A stretch of 64,000 nt of DNA, taken from assembly GCA_965207065.1 (NCBI GenBank), contig OZ242260.1:576001-640000 (forward strand). Reading direction: 5' to 3'. A model generated the notes under the pieces. The model was not told where the DNA came from. It worked only from the letters and a program-made list of their open reading frames with translations, and did not search any database. How positions within the stretch are numbered: the stretch's first letter is position 1; each line of letters opens with the position of its first letter. The stretch comes from a bacterium. GTDB lineage: Bacteria; UBA8248. Shown here piece after piece: positions 36,933-45,846 of this stretch. The translations under genes were made by a program, and so were the position numbers.

Positions 36933-37850
36933 ATGAGACGGATGACACACCGGAAAAACTGTAATCGAACCATCGTCGCGGCGGCTCTCGCCGTGTTCCT
37001 TCTGGGGGCGTTCACGCCCGATGCGCGCGCCGCGGATTCGGATGCGGAGTCGAGTTGGTACTTCGGCCTGAACGTGCCCGTCATGTTCATCGACGACTCG
37101 GACAGCGTGGAGACCGGGGAAGCCGTGACGGCAGGGTTCCCCCTGCCGGTCCCGTACAGGGCGAACGCCGTCACGGAATACGCCACGGGGTTCCGGGTCA
37201 GCGGCGTGGTGGGCCGTGAATTCGCCTCGGGCCTGCGCATCGACGGCGAGCTGTTCTTCGCCAGGGCCGAGGTCGACAAGCTGATCTACAAAGGACGGAC
37301 GACGACCGTTCCGGGACTGGGCACGATTGACGTACCGGGCGACCATTCCATCCCCGTGTCCGGCTCGGCGAGCCAGGTGGGCGCCATGGTGAACCTCTGG
37401 TACGACTTCAACCCCGGCTCCAAATGGAGGCCCTACGTCGGCGGCGGCTTCGGCATCGTCCGGGTCGACTGGGGCGACGTGAAGTATAACCGCAACGAGG
37501 TCGCGCAAGGCGCAGCGAACCAGCTTGCGCTCTTGCAATGCGGCAACCCCGCCGCCCTTCCCCCTGGCGTCACGCCGGATCTGTGCAGACAAGGGGTCCA
37601 TGCCGGCGCCGCCACCCTGCCACCAGGGACGGTGCCCGAGCTTTCCGAAACCGATACGGTGGCCGCCTTTCAATTCGGCGCGGGAGTGGGCTACCAGTAT
37701 TCCGACGCCCTCACCATTCAGCTGGGCTACCGCTTGCTGAAAGCCGGCGACCTGGAGTTCAGCGGCGGCAGCGCCATGGGTTCGAACGCCACGGCGACGA
37801 CCGAAATGCTGGTTCACCTCTTCGAGATAGGTTTGCGCTATCGGTTCTAG
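36933..37850 (+). CDS. Outer-membrane beta-barrel (OmpA/opacity-porin-like, 8-stranded)
   Basis: Signal peptide, GLRIDGEL, MVNLWYDF, WRPYVGGGFG, AFQFGAGVGY, terminal GLRYRF. Confidence 0.88.
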   Translation: MRRMTHRKNCNRTIVAAALAVFLLGAFTPDARAADSDAESSWYFGLNVPVMFIDDSDSVETGEAVTAGFPLPVPYRANAVTEYATGFRVSGVVGREFASGLRIDGELFFARAEVDKLIYKGRTTTVPGLGTIDVPGDHSIPVSGSASQVGAMVNLWYDFNPGSKWRPYVGGGFGIVRVDWGDVKYNRNEVAQGAANQLALLQCGNPAALPPGVTPDLCRQGVHAGAATLPPGTVPELSETDTVAAFQFGAGVGYQYSDALTIQLGYRLLKAGDLEFSGGSAMGSNATATTEMLVHLFEIGLRYRF

Positions 37851-37935
37851 GCTTCGCGCCTTGCGTTCCGGCCTCGCGCGGCTCCCCACTTGCACGCCAA
37901 GCGGCGGCCGTTGAACCAGGAAATGGCGGATACCG

Positions 37936-38967
37936 ATGAAAACCGGCCAACAACAAATCAAGGAACCACGCGCGCTTTATCCGTTTCCGGAAGGCTGGTA
38001 CTTCGTCGCCACCCGAAAGACGATAGAAAAGAAGAAGCTGATCCAGAGAACCTGGATGGGCGAGCGAATCGTCGTCTGGCGCGACGATGAGGGGCGCATC
38101 TGCGTGGCCGAGGACCTCTGCCCGCACCTGGGTTCGGAACTCGGGCCCGAAGTCGGCGGCGCGGTGCGAAACGGCTGCCTCGTCTGTCCCTTTCACGGGT
38201 TCGAGTACGACGCCACCGGCCAATGCGTCAAGACGCCCTACGCGCCAGCGCCCCGGACCGCCCGGCTGAACGTGTTCGAGACGCGCGAGATCCTGGGCCT
38301 CGTATTCGCCTGGCGGGGGGTGGGCGGACGGCCGCCGCAATGGCGCCTGCCGGAGGAGCCGGGTGGAGACGACTGGAGCGACCTGGAAACCTGGAGCGTC
38401 AGGTTCACGGGGCATCCCCAGGAGACGACCGAGAACTCCGTCGACGACGGACACCTGCGCTACGTGCACGGCTTCGGCAGCGTGACCCGGGTCGGAACCA
38501 TCGAGGTCGACGGCTCCTACCTCAAGAGCAGCTTCGACTTCACGCGAAGCCAGACTTTCGCCGGGATCGGGATATACACATACGACGTTTCCGCCGTCAC
38601 CCACGTGCACGGGCTGGGCTATTCGTTCGTCGAGGTCCGGGAGCACGGCCTCGGCATGGAGACGCGCCTGTGGGTGCTCGCGACGCCGGTCGACGGCGAC
38701 ATGCTCGAAATGGTGCTGGTCAGCCAGGTGAAGCGGCTGCGCAAGCCGAAGCGGGCGATCATCGGGATGCGCTTCCTGCCGCCGGGTCTCCGCACCTGGG
38801 TCATGAACAAGATCATCATAGCGGCCCAGAAGCGCGACGTGCTGTCGGACGTCGTCATATGGGACCGGAAACAGTATATTCCCCGCCCCCGCCTGTGCAG
38901 CTCGGACGGGGAAATCGGAACCTTCCGGCGCTATTGCGAGCAATTCTATCCGGAGCATCCGGATTGA
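37936..38967 (+). CDS. Rieske [2Fe-2S] oxygenase/desaturase, Neverland/KshA-like
   Basis: FPEGWY, CPHLG...CPFHG, mononuclear iron motif ENSVDDGHLRYVH, distal DVVIW...K.Y...P.L...DG.I..FRR. Confidence 0.85.
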   Translation: MKTGQQQIKEPRALYPFPEGWYFVATRKTIEKKKLIQRTWMGERIVVWRDDEGRICVAEDLCPHLGSELGPEVGGAVRNGCLVCPFHGFEYDATGQCVKTPYAPAPRTARLNVFETREILGLVFAWRGVGGRPPQWRLPEEPGGDDWSDLETWSVRFTGHPQETTENSVDDGHLRYVHGFGSVTRVGTIEVDGSYLKSSFDFTRSQTFAGIGIYTYDVSAVTHVHGLGYSFVEVREHGLGMETRLWVLATPVDGDMLEMVLVSQVKRLRKPKRAIIGMRFLPPGLRTWVMNKIIIAAQKRDVLSDVVIWDRKQYIPRPRLCSSDGEIGTFRRYCEQFYPEHPD

Positions 38968-39058
38968 ACCCGGAGGAGCGGGGCCGCCGGGGGAGACGTC
39001 CACGCCATCGCCCGCGCGGGTTTCGCCGCAGACGAAGCGAGAAGGGACACGCCACGCC

Positions 39059-40093
39059 ATGGACATAGGCAAACTCTCGAAAGAACTCAAGGACGCCTAC
39101 CAGGAGGGGAACGTCACCCGCCGCGTGCAGGAATTCGAGGACTGGATCGACCGGGCGGCGGCGGAGACCGACGGCGCGGACGGGTACGACCACACCGAAA
39201 CGGTGAAGGCCTACTACGACCTCTGCAGCGGCTTCATGGTGTGGGGCTGGGGCGAATCCCTGCACTTCGCGCCCCTCACGCCGCATGAGAGCCTGGAGGA
39301 CTCCAAGGTCCGGCACCAGCGGTGGATGATCGACAAGCTGGAGCTGCAAAAGGGCATGACGGTGATCGACGTCGGCTGCGGCATCGGCGGCCCGATGCGC
39401 CGCGTCGTCCGTGAGGCCGGCGTGCGGGTCGTCGGGATCAACATCAACAAAATCCAGCTGGAGCGGGCGAGGAGGCTGAACGCCGAGGCGGGCCTCGACC
39501 ACATGATCGATTTCGAGGCGTGCAGCTTCATGGATATGAGCGCCATCGAGGACGAGGCGTTCGACCGGGGCTACGCCATCGAGTCGACGTGCCATGCGCC
39601 GGACAAGCAGCGCGCGTTCGAGGAGATATACCGCGTGCTGAAACCCGGCGCCCTGTTCTGGGGGCAGGAGATGTGCCTGACAGACGAGTACGACCCGAAC
39701 GACGGCCGTCACCAGTCCATCAGGCGCGAACTCATGCGCGGCATCGCGCTGAAAGAGGTCGCGACGTTCGGGGAAGTGAACCGCGCGCTCGAAGCGGCGG
39801 GATTCCAGGTGGTCGAGGGGACGGACCGGGACGTCCAAGAGGGGCCGTCCACCCCCTGGTATCAACCCATGGAGAGCCGGCACGGGACGCTGGGCAACGC
39901 CTTGCGCAGGCTGCCGCAGGGCCGCAGGGCGTTCATCGCGGGATCGAAGCTGGCCGAGGTGGTCCGGCTGTTTCCGAAAGGCTCCGCGGAAGTCGTCCGG
40001 CTCCTGGACCGGACGGCGGACGCCTACGTCGCGGGCGGCAAATCGGGCATCTTCACACCGCTGTACTGTTTCCTGGCCCGCAAACCCCTCTAG
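39059..40093 (+). CDS. Sterol C24-methyltransferase (Erg6/SMT family)
   Basis: YYDL..FMVWGWGESLHFAP, DVGCGIGGP, YAIESTCHAP, IYRVLKPG, PWYQP and C-terminal GGKSGIFTPLYCFLARKP: all SMT signature regions present. Confidence 0.88.
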   Translation: MDIGKLSKELKDAYQEGNVTRRVQEFEDWIDRAAAETDGADGYDHTETVKAYYDLCSGFMVWGWGESLHFAPLTPHESLEDSKVRHQRWMIDKLELQKGMTVIDVGCGIGGPMRRVVREAGVRVVGININKIQLERARRLNAEAGLDHMIDFEACSFMDMSAIEDEAFDRGYAIESTCHAPDKQRAFEEIYRVLKPGALFWGQEMCLTDEYDPNDGRHQSIRRELMRGIALKEVATFGEVNRALEAAGFQVVEGTDRDVQEGPSTPWYQPMESRHGTLGNALRRLPQGRRAFIAGSKLAEVVRLFPKGSAEVVRLLDRTADAYVAGGKSGIFTPLYCFLARKPL

Positions 40094-40180
40094 CCCCGAC
40101 CGGCGCCGCCGCGGCCGCGTCAATCGTTCACTCACCACGCGCGTCGAACACCCGTACCCGGGCCTGACCCGGAATTTCTG

Positions 40181-40240
40181 TAAATATCGATAAATTCGGA
40201 TAAATATGGATAAATTAACGGGGTTTTTCGATAAATAAAT
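40181..40240. repeat. Helically phased TAAAT repeats (10-bp period)
   Basis: TAAATATCGA TAAATTCGGA TAAATATGGA TAAATTAACG at 40181/40191/40201/40211, plus GATAAATAAAT. Confidence 0.7.
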
Positions 40241-40451
40241 TTCCTGGGATGGGGCGCCGCGGAATCCGGGCGCAGGGGAATTCTGCCACGGTCCGCATCC
40301 CACGCGCTTACCGCAAATGCGGGGAAATGCGGGCCCGGGGCATACAAACCCGGCGCAGCCCACCACGAGCGCGAACCGACACGAATCGAACTGGACCATG
40401 GGGGGCACGAGCGGGAATCCCCCGGCATTGAGGCCGCCATGCTTGCGCCAT

Positions 40452-41246
40452 TCATCTCTTACGGGTCAGCATCTCCCAGGAATGGCTGAAGAGGAACAGC
40501 ACAGAGGCCGCCACGACGATGCAGGGCCCCGCCGGCGCGTTCCATACGACCGACCCCCACAGACCCGCCGCTACCGAGACGATCCCCGCCAGGACGGCGA
40601 ACACCGCCATCTGCTCGGGCGTTTTGGCGAACCGCCGCGCCGCCGCCGGCGGTATGATGAGCATCGAGATGATGAGCAGAATCCCGATCAGTTTCATGGC
40701 GATGGCGATGATGAAGGCGATCAGGAGCATGAAGACGCATTTCACGGCGAAGGTCGGTATCCCTTCGGCGCTCGCCAGCTCCTCGTTCACCGTAACGGCG
40801 AGAAGCCCACGCCAAATCAAGGCGAGCGCACCAAGCGCAGCCGCCCCTCCGAGGTATATCCACCACAAATCCAGCGCGCCGACCGCGAGGATGTCCCCGA
40901 AGAGATAGCCCAGCAGGTCCACCCGGATCGACTCCATCAGGCTGACGGCAATGATGCCCACCGCGAGCGCCGTGTGCGCCAGGATGCCGAGCAGCGTGTC
41001 GGTGGATAGTGTTTTCCGGCTCTGCAGCGTCATGAGAACGATTGCGAGACCGATGCAGGCGATGAGGATGCCGAGCCGCAAGTCGATACCGAAGGCGAAG
41101 CCAATCGCCACGCCGAGGAGGGCCGTGTGGGCAAGGGAACTTCCAAAGTAGGCCATCTTGCGCCAGACGATGAAGCAGCCCACGGGTCCCGTCACCATGG
41201 CGACGCCCACCCCGCCCATCAGTCCCCTCAATATGAAATCCTCCAT
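40452..41246 (-). CDS. znuB: Zinc ABC transporter permease
   Basis: GCFIVWRKMAYFGSSLAHTALLG, YLFGDILA, LIIPPAAAR, GPCIV. Confidence 0.93.
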   Translation of the reverse strand: MEDFILRGLMGGVGVAMVTGPVGCFIVWRKMAYFGSSLAHTALLGVAIGFAFGIDLRLGILIACIGLAIVLMTLQSRKTLSTDTLLGILAHTALAVGIIAVSLMESIRVDLLGYLFGDILAVGALDLWWIYLGGAAALGALALIWRGLLAVTVNEELASAEGIPTFAVKCVFMLLIAFIIAIAMKLIGILLIISMLIIPPAAARRFAKTPEQMAVFAVLAGIVSVAAGLWGSVVWNAPAGPCIVVAASVLFLFSHSWEMLTRKR

Positions 41247-42031
41247 CAGTCGTCTCCGTGATGGTGGTGGGCTTCTTCGATGGGGAGTATCTCCCCTTCG
41301 GAACCGTGAACATGGTTGTGCTTGTGGGTGTATATGGCCAGGCTCTCGGCCGCATGCTTTCCAAAGAGGGCGAGGTATTCTGGGTTTTTGCTCACGGCTT
41401 CGGGATGTCCGCAGCAACAGATGTGCCTGTTGAGGCACACCACGCGATCGGTGAACGCCATGACGAGATGGAGGTCGTGCGAAATCATGATGACGCCGCA
41501 GCCCCTCTCGTCTCTGATCTTCGCGATCAGGCGGTAGAGTTCGCTCTGTCCGTTGACGTCCACGCTCTGAATCGGTTCGTCGAGAACGAGCAGTTCGGGG
41601 TCGCGCAGCAGGGCGCGGGCGAGAAGCACGCGCTGGCGCTCACCACCCGAGAGGCTCTGGACGGGATGATCCAGCAGGTTTCTCGCGCCCACCTCTTCGA
41701 GATGCGCCTCCATCTGCTCGAGCGACGGCTTTTGCGTGAGGCTTAACAGCCTGCGCACTGTGAGCGGAAGCGAGGGGTCCACCTCGAAAGCCTGGGGCAG
41801 GTAGCCGACCGAGAGGCCCTCTTTCCGGTGGACTTCGCCAGAATCGGACTTGATCAGTCCGAGAAGCACGCGAACCAGTGTGGTCTTCCCCGCGCCGTTC
41901 GGGCCGATGAGGGTGAGGATTTCACCCGCCGAAATGTCGAGACCGACGTTATGGAGTATCGTCGTTTCGCCGAATCGGAGATAAAGGTTCGCGGCGGTGA
42001 CGAGATTGCGCCGCGCGTTATTCATCTTCAT
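41246..42031 (-). CDS. znuC: Zinc ABC transporter ATPase
   Basis: [36 protein letters not shown], His-rich tail. Confidence 0.93.
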   Translation of the reverse strand: MKMNNARRNLVTAANLYLRFGETTILHNVGLDISAGEILTLIGPNGAGKTTLVRVLLGLIKSDSGEVHRKEGLSVGYLPQAFEVDPSLPLTVRRLLSLTQKPSLEQMEAHLEEVGARNLLDHPVQSLSGGERQRVLLARALLRDPELLVLDEPIQSVDVNGQSELYRLIAKIRDERGCGVIMISHDLHLVMAFTDRVVCLNRHICCCGHPEAVSKNPEYLALFGKHAAESLAIYTHKHNHVHGSEGEILPIEEAHHHHGDD

Positions 42032-42506
42032 GACACTCCTGGCACCTGCCGCTGATTTCCATGACGGGCATCTCCACCAGGAAACCGGCCCGGGTGGCGC
42101 TCGCCTCGATGGCTTCGCCGATTTCCTGGCTGTGCGTCTCGGCCACGCTTCCACAATCGCGGCATATTAAGAACAGGGCATCGTGAGCATCCGCCGCCAT
42201 GGCGCAGCCCACGAACGCCTTTTGGCTCTCGATACGGTGGATGAGGCCGTGCTTCAAGAGAAAATCAAGCGCCCGGTAGACCGTGGGTGGGGCATTTCGC
42301 TCCCCGTCCGCGTTCATGCGCTGGAGCACGTCATACGCGCCCAGGGGCGCGTGGCTTTCCTGGATGATCTCCAATACTCGTCTCCTGAGCGGCGTGAGCC
42401 TCGCGCCGCGTTCCCCGCAAAGCGTTTCCGCCTGTTTTACGGCGTCCTCGATGCAGGCGCGGTGATCATGTTCGGGTCCAGGGAAATGTAATTTCGTGTT
42501 GGCCAT
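42018..42506 (-). CDS. zur: Zinc uptake regulator (Fur family)
   Basis: [31 protein letters not shown] and CQEC; operonic with znuCB. Confidence 0.92.
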   Translation of the reverse strand: MANTKLHFPGPEHDHRACIEDAVKQAETLCGERGARLTPLRRRVLEIIQESHAPLGAYDVLQRMNADGERNAPPTVYRALDFLLKHGLIHRIESQKAFVGCAMAADAHDALFLICRDCGSVAETHSQEIGEAIEASATRAGFLVEMPVMEISGRCQECHEDE

Positions 42507-42534
42507 AAAATTATTCCTTGACGGGCTAAAATGT

Positions 42535-42553
42535 AACGTTATATTATAACATA
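42535..42553. promoter_or_regulatory. Zur box
   Basis: Palindrome GTTATA-T-TATAAC (42538-42550) between the divergent zur-znuCB and znuA genes; matches the known TGTTATANTATAACA consensus. Confidence 0.88.
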
Positions 42554-42593
42554 TATATCGTTCTTTCAACCCCCACCCTGAAAGGAAACACCA

Positions 42594-43646
42594 ATGAAAT
42601 ATGTATTCCTTGGATTGGCCTTGGGCGTAGTCCTCTGTGCGCAGACCGCGCTTTCCGCCCATGCGGCGCCTCGCGTGGTGGTCTCCATCAATCCGCTCCA
42701 TTCGCTGGTCGCAGGCGTCATGAAGGGAGTCGGGACGCCCGAGCTATTGATGAAAGGCGCCGCTTCGCCCCATACGTTTTCCCTGAAGCCTTCTGACGCC
42801 AGAATGCTAACGAAAGCGCGCGTGATTTTCTGGGTAGGGGAGGTACTTGCGCCAAGCCTGGAGCGTTCCCTCGAAACGCTTCCGAAAAAAGCGGAAGTCA
42901 TCGCCATGGCGGAGATAAAGGGTCTGAAGCTGTTGAAGCTCAGAGAAGGCGGCTTGTGGGAAGGGCACGACGATCATCATGACGAGAAGGAAAAAGGCGA
43001 TCATCACGACGAGCATAAGCACGTAAAAGCCAAAGACGATCATCACGACAAGCATGAGCACGAAAAAGCCAAGGACGATCATCACGACGAGAAGGCCGGG
43101 GGTCATCACGGGGAGCATCATCACGGCGGCTTCGACGTGCACGTCTGGCTCGACCCGATGAACGCCCGCAAGTGGGTGGACGCCATCGCACATGAGCTCG
43201 AAGAGGTGGATTCTCCGAACAAGAAGAAATACGAGGCGAACGCGCGGATTATTAAGACCCGCATCGAAGCCTTGCACAAGGATCTCGCACGGACCCTCAC
43301 GCCCGTGAAAGGCGCGCCCTACATCGTCTTTCACGATGCGTATCAATACATGGAGAAACGCTACGGGTTGAACGCTATCGGGTCGGTTTCCCTCTCGCCC
43401 GAGAAAAAGCCGGGCACGGCGCGTCTCGTCGAGATTCGCAAGAAGATCAAGAACACGAAGTCGATCTGCGTGTTCACCGAGCCGCAGTTCCAGCCCAAAC
43501 TGGTGCGGACCATCATCAAAGGCACGGACGCGAGGACGGGCGTGCTGGATCCACTGGGCGCAAAGGTTCCCGCCGGTGAGGACGCGTATTTCACCCTCAT
43601 GCGCAACATGGCGAAATCGCTCAGGACGTGCCTTTCAGGGAAATAA
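42594..43646 (+). CDS. znuA: Zinc ABC transporter substrate-binding protein
   Basis: SPHTFSLKPSD, His-rich loop, DVHVWLDP, VFHDAYQY, FTEPQF, LDPLG. Confidence 0.94.
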   Translation: MKYVFLGLALGVVLCAQTALSAHAAPRVVVSINPLHSLVAGVMKGVGTPELLMKGAASPHTFSLKPSDARMLTKARVIFWVGEVLAPSLERSLETLPKKAEVIAMAEIKGLKLLKLREGGLWEGHDDHHDEKEKGDHHDEHKHVKAKDDHHDKHEHEKAKDDHHDEKAGGHHGEHHHGGFDVHVWLDPMNARKWVDAIAHELEEVDSPNKKKYEANARIIKTRIEALHKDLARTLTPVKGAPYIVFHDAYQYMEKRYGLNAIGSVSLSPEKKPGTARLVEIRKKIKNTKSICVFTEPQFQPKLVRTIIKGTDARTGVLDPLGAKVPAGEDAYFTLMRNMAKSLRTCLSGK

Positions 43647-44267
43647 TTTGACGCGGCGTTTTCCGGGGATATGGAGCGAGCCCACCCGGTTCCCCGCGTA
43701 TTCTCGGTAGCCCGCGCCTGAATTTTTCGCGGCGACGGCATTCACCGGCCTGGCTCCCGCGCCCCCTGCCGGCCCGGCTCGGCCTCTTCGGGGCGCACGG
43801 CGCAGTGTCGCCGAGACGTTCTTCGGGCCGAAACCACCTAAAAATCACCATGCCCGGCGAATCAATCACTCGAACGTCACCCATGAACGGAAACGGATTC
43901 TATATAACTTCCGTATGGTCCAAGGCTGCATCCCGGCCACGTTGCGACACATGCGTGGGAGTGGAAAAGCCAGGACGGGATGCGGTTCCCGGTTCACGAA
44001 GCGAGCCGGCGGAACGCCTGCTCGGCGCATGCCCGGCGGGAGGAATTGCCATGGCGGGCAATGAAATCCATGGCCAGGCGGGAAACCATGCCTTGTCCAT
44101 ACTACGGAGAGGGGTTTAATCGCGTGCAGGCTGGCATTCAGGGCCGGCAATGATGCGCCAGGGCATGACAAGCGCTGCCCTTGAAGGTATCATGAGTCTC
44201 TAGTTTGCTCTTCCATATCCGGAATCATCAAACGGCGGCATTCCGCACCGAATAGAGGGGGCGAATA

Positions 44268-45422
44268 ATGAGTGGTTCCGCGCACGGGGAAGTTCCGGAG
44301 ATCACCCTCGGGGTGGAGGAGGAGCTGTTTCTCGTCGACCCCGACACCCGCGACCTTCTGGCCGAACCCGACCCGGGGATCCTCGCGGCTTGCGAAAAGA
44401 GGCGCGGCCCTCACAAGGTGGTTCCCGAGTTCCTCCGCGCCCAACTCGAAACCAACACACGCGTCTGCGGCTCGGTGGCCGAAGCGTGCGAGGCGCTGCG
44501 CGAGACCCGGCGGGTCGTTATCGAGGCGGCCGAGGAGCACGGCGCAGCCGTGATGGCCGCCTCCACGCATCCTTTCGCGCAATGGCGGACGCAGCTGGTC
44601 ACGCCGAAGGATCGCTACGAGCGGTTCGCGGCCACCTACCAGGAGAGCTTCCGCCGGATCTGCCTGACCGCCATGCACGTCCACGCCGCCTTCGGCGACC
44701 CGGAATCGCGCATCCGGATCATGACGGCGCTCCGGAGATATCTTCCCCTTTTCCACGCGCTGTCGACGTCCTCGCCGTTCTACGGCGGGGGTGAGACCGG
44801 CTTGAAGTCCTGGCGGCTGAATCTCCTCGGCGTGCTTCCGCGCACCAGCATTCCCGGTCCGTTGCGTACCCGGGCGGAGTACGACCGCATCGTGGACGAC
44901 TACCGGCGCATCGAAGTCATCCGGGACGGCAGCGAAGTGTGGTGGGACATTCGCCCCTCCAACGCTCACCCGACGGTGGAGCTTCGCATCTGCGATACCT
45001 GCCCGCGCCTCGAGGACGCCGCGAGCATCATCGCCCTCTACGCCTCCCTGATCCGGTGGCTGGCGCGCCTGGACGGCGAGGGCCGCCTGCCGCCCGAGCC
45101 GCCCACGGAGATCATCGCCGAGAACCGCTGGCTCGCCCAGCGGTACGGTGTGCTGGCCTTTCTCGGCGACATGGACCTTGGAGGGCGTGTGGACATCGAG
45201 GACTACGCAACGGAACTGATCGAGAAACTCACCCCCGACGCCCGGGCGCTGGCGTGCGAGGATCAAATGCGCCACGCGCTCACCATCATCCGGGAGGGCA
45301 GCAGCGCAGACCGGCAAGTCGATCATTTCCGTCTTTGCCGCCTGAATGGCGAAAGCCGCGAAGAGGCCATGCGCTCCGTGGTGGATATGGTGCTCGCCGA
45401 AACCCGGGAGGGTGTCCTCTGA
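44268..45422 (+). CDS. Carboxylate-amine ligase (YbdK/GCS2 family)
   Basis: TLGVEEELFLVD, STHPF, MHVH, STSSPF, WWDIRP, TVELRICD. Confidence 0.92.
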   Translation: MSGSAHGEVPEITLGVEEELFLVDPDTRDLLAEPDPGILAACEKRRGPHKVVPEFLRAQLETNTRVCGSVAEACEALRETRRVVIEAAEEHGAAVMAASTHPFAQWRTQLVTPKDRYERFAATYQESFRRICLTAMHVHAAFGDPESRIRIMTALRRYLPLFHALSTSSPFYGGGETGLKSWRLNLLGVLPRTSIPGPLRTRAEYDRIVDDYRRIEVIRDGSEVWWDIRPSNAHPTVELRICDTCPRLEDAASIIALYASLIRWLARLDGEGRLPPEPPTEIIAENRWLAQRYGVLAFLGDMDLGGRVDIEDYATELIEKLTPDARALACEDQMRHALTIIREGSSADRQVDHFRLCRLNGESREEAMRSVVDMVLAETREGVL

Positions 45423-45739
45423 ACGCCCGGACGGATCGAGGTGAAACGAAGGCCTCCCGCAGAGCGCACCCCGGTATCCGTTCCGATGGAAACAAATTTC
45501 CCAAAGGCCCGAACCTTCGGCACCGATGACATGGAGAGTTTATACGCGTGTGCCCCGGGCGCTTCGAACGCGAAGGCGAGACGTTCTCCGGCGAATTGGT
45601 GAAGGTTTGGAAAACCGATCAATCGGGCGCGTCCATCCCATCGGTTATACAGGTCCCGCGCAGCCGGCCTTCGTAGGCTTGTCGCGTACATCATCTGGAA
45701 CCGACGCAGGCCCTGCGCTTGAGGCGTACGAAAAGGTTG

Positions 45740-45834
45740 ACGGGAACCGTGAACCGCTATCGCTCGACCTCGCCGCGACGCGGGCGAAGCTCACGAGCCA
45801 CGGGCTCAGGCTTTCCCTGCGCTATTCGTACTGA
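45740..45834 (+). pseudogene. Possible 3' fragment of an outer-membrane beta-barrel gene
   Basis: Frame ends ...KLTSHGLRLSLRYSY*, a typical terminal beta-signal; no convincing upstream body. Confidence 0.4.
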
Positions 45835-45846
45835 GGCGGTGATGTA

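Noticed and set aside
26639-40093. De novo sterol or hopanoid biosynthesis cluster
   Set aside because: No squalene synthase, epoxidase or cyclase is in the window; only tailoring and transport functions are supported.
43650-44260. Short ORFs or a riboswitch in the 600-bp gap after znuA
   Set aside because: No coding signal or recognisable RNA consensus; a covariance-model search would be needed to exclude an RNA.
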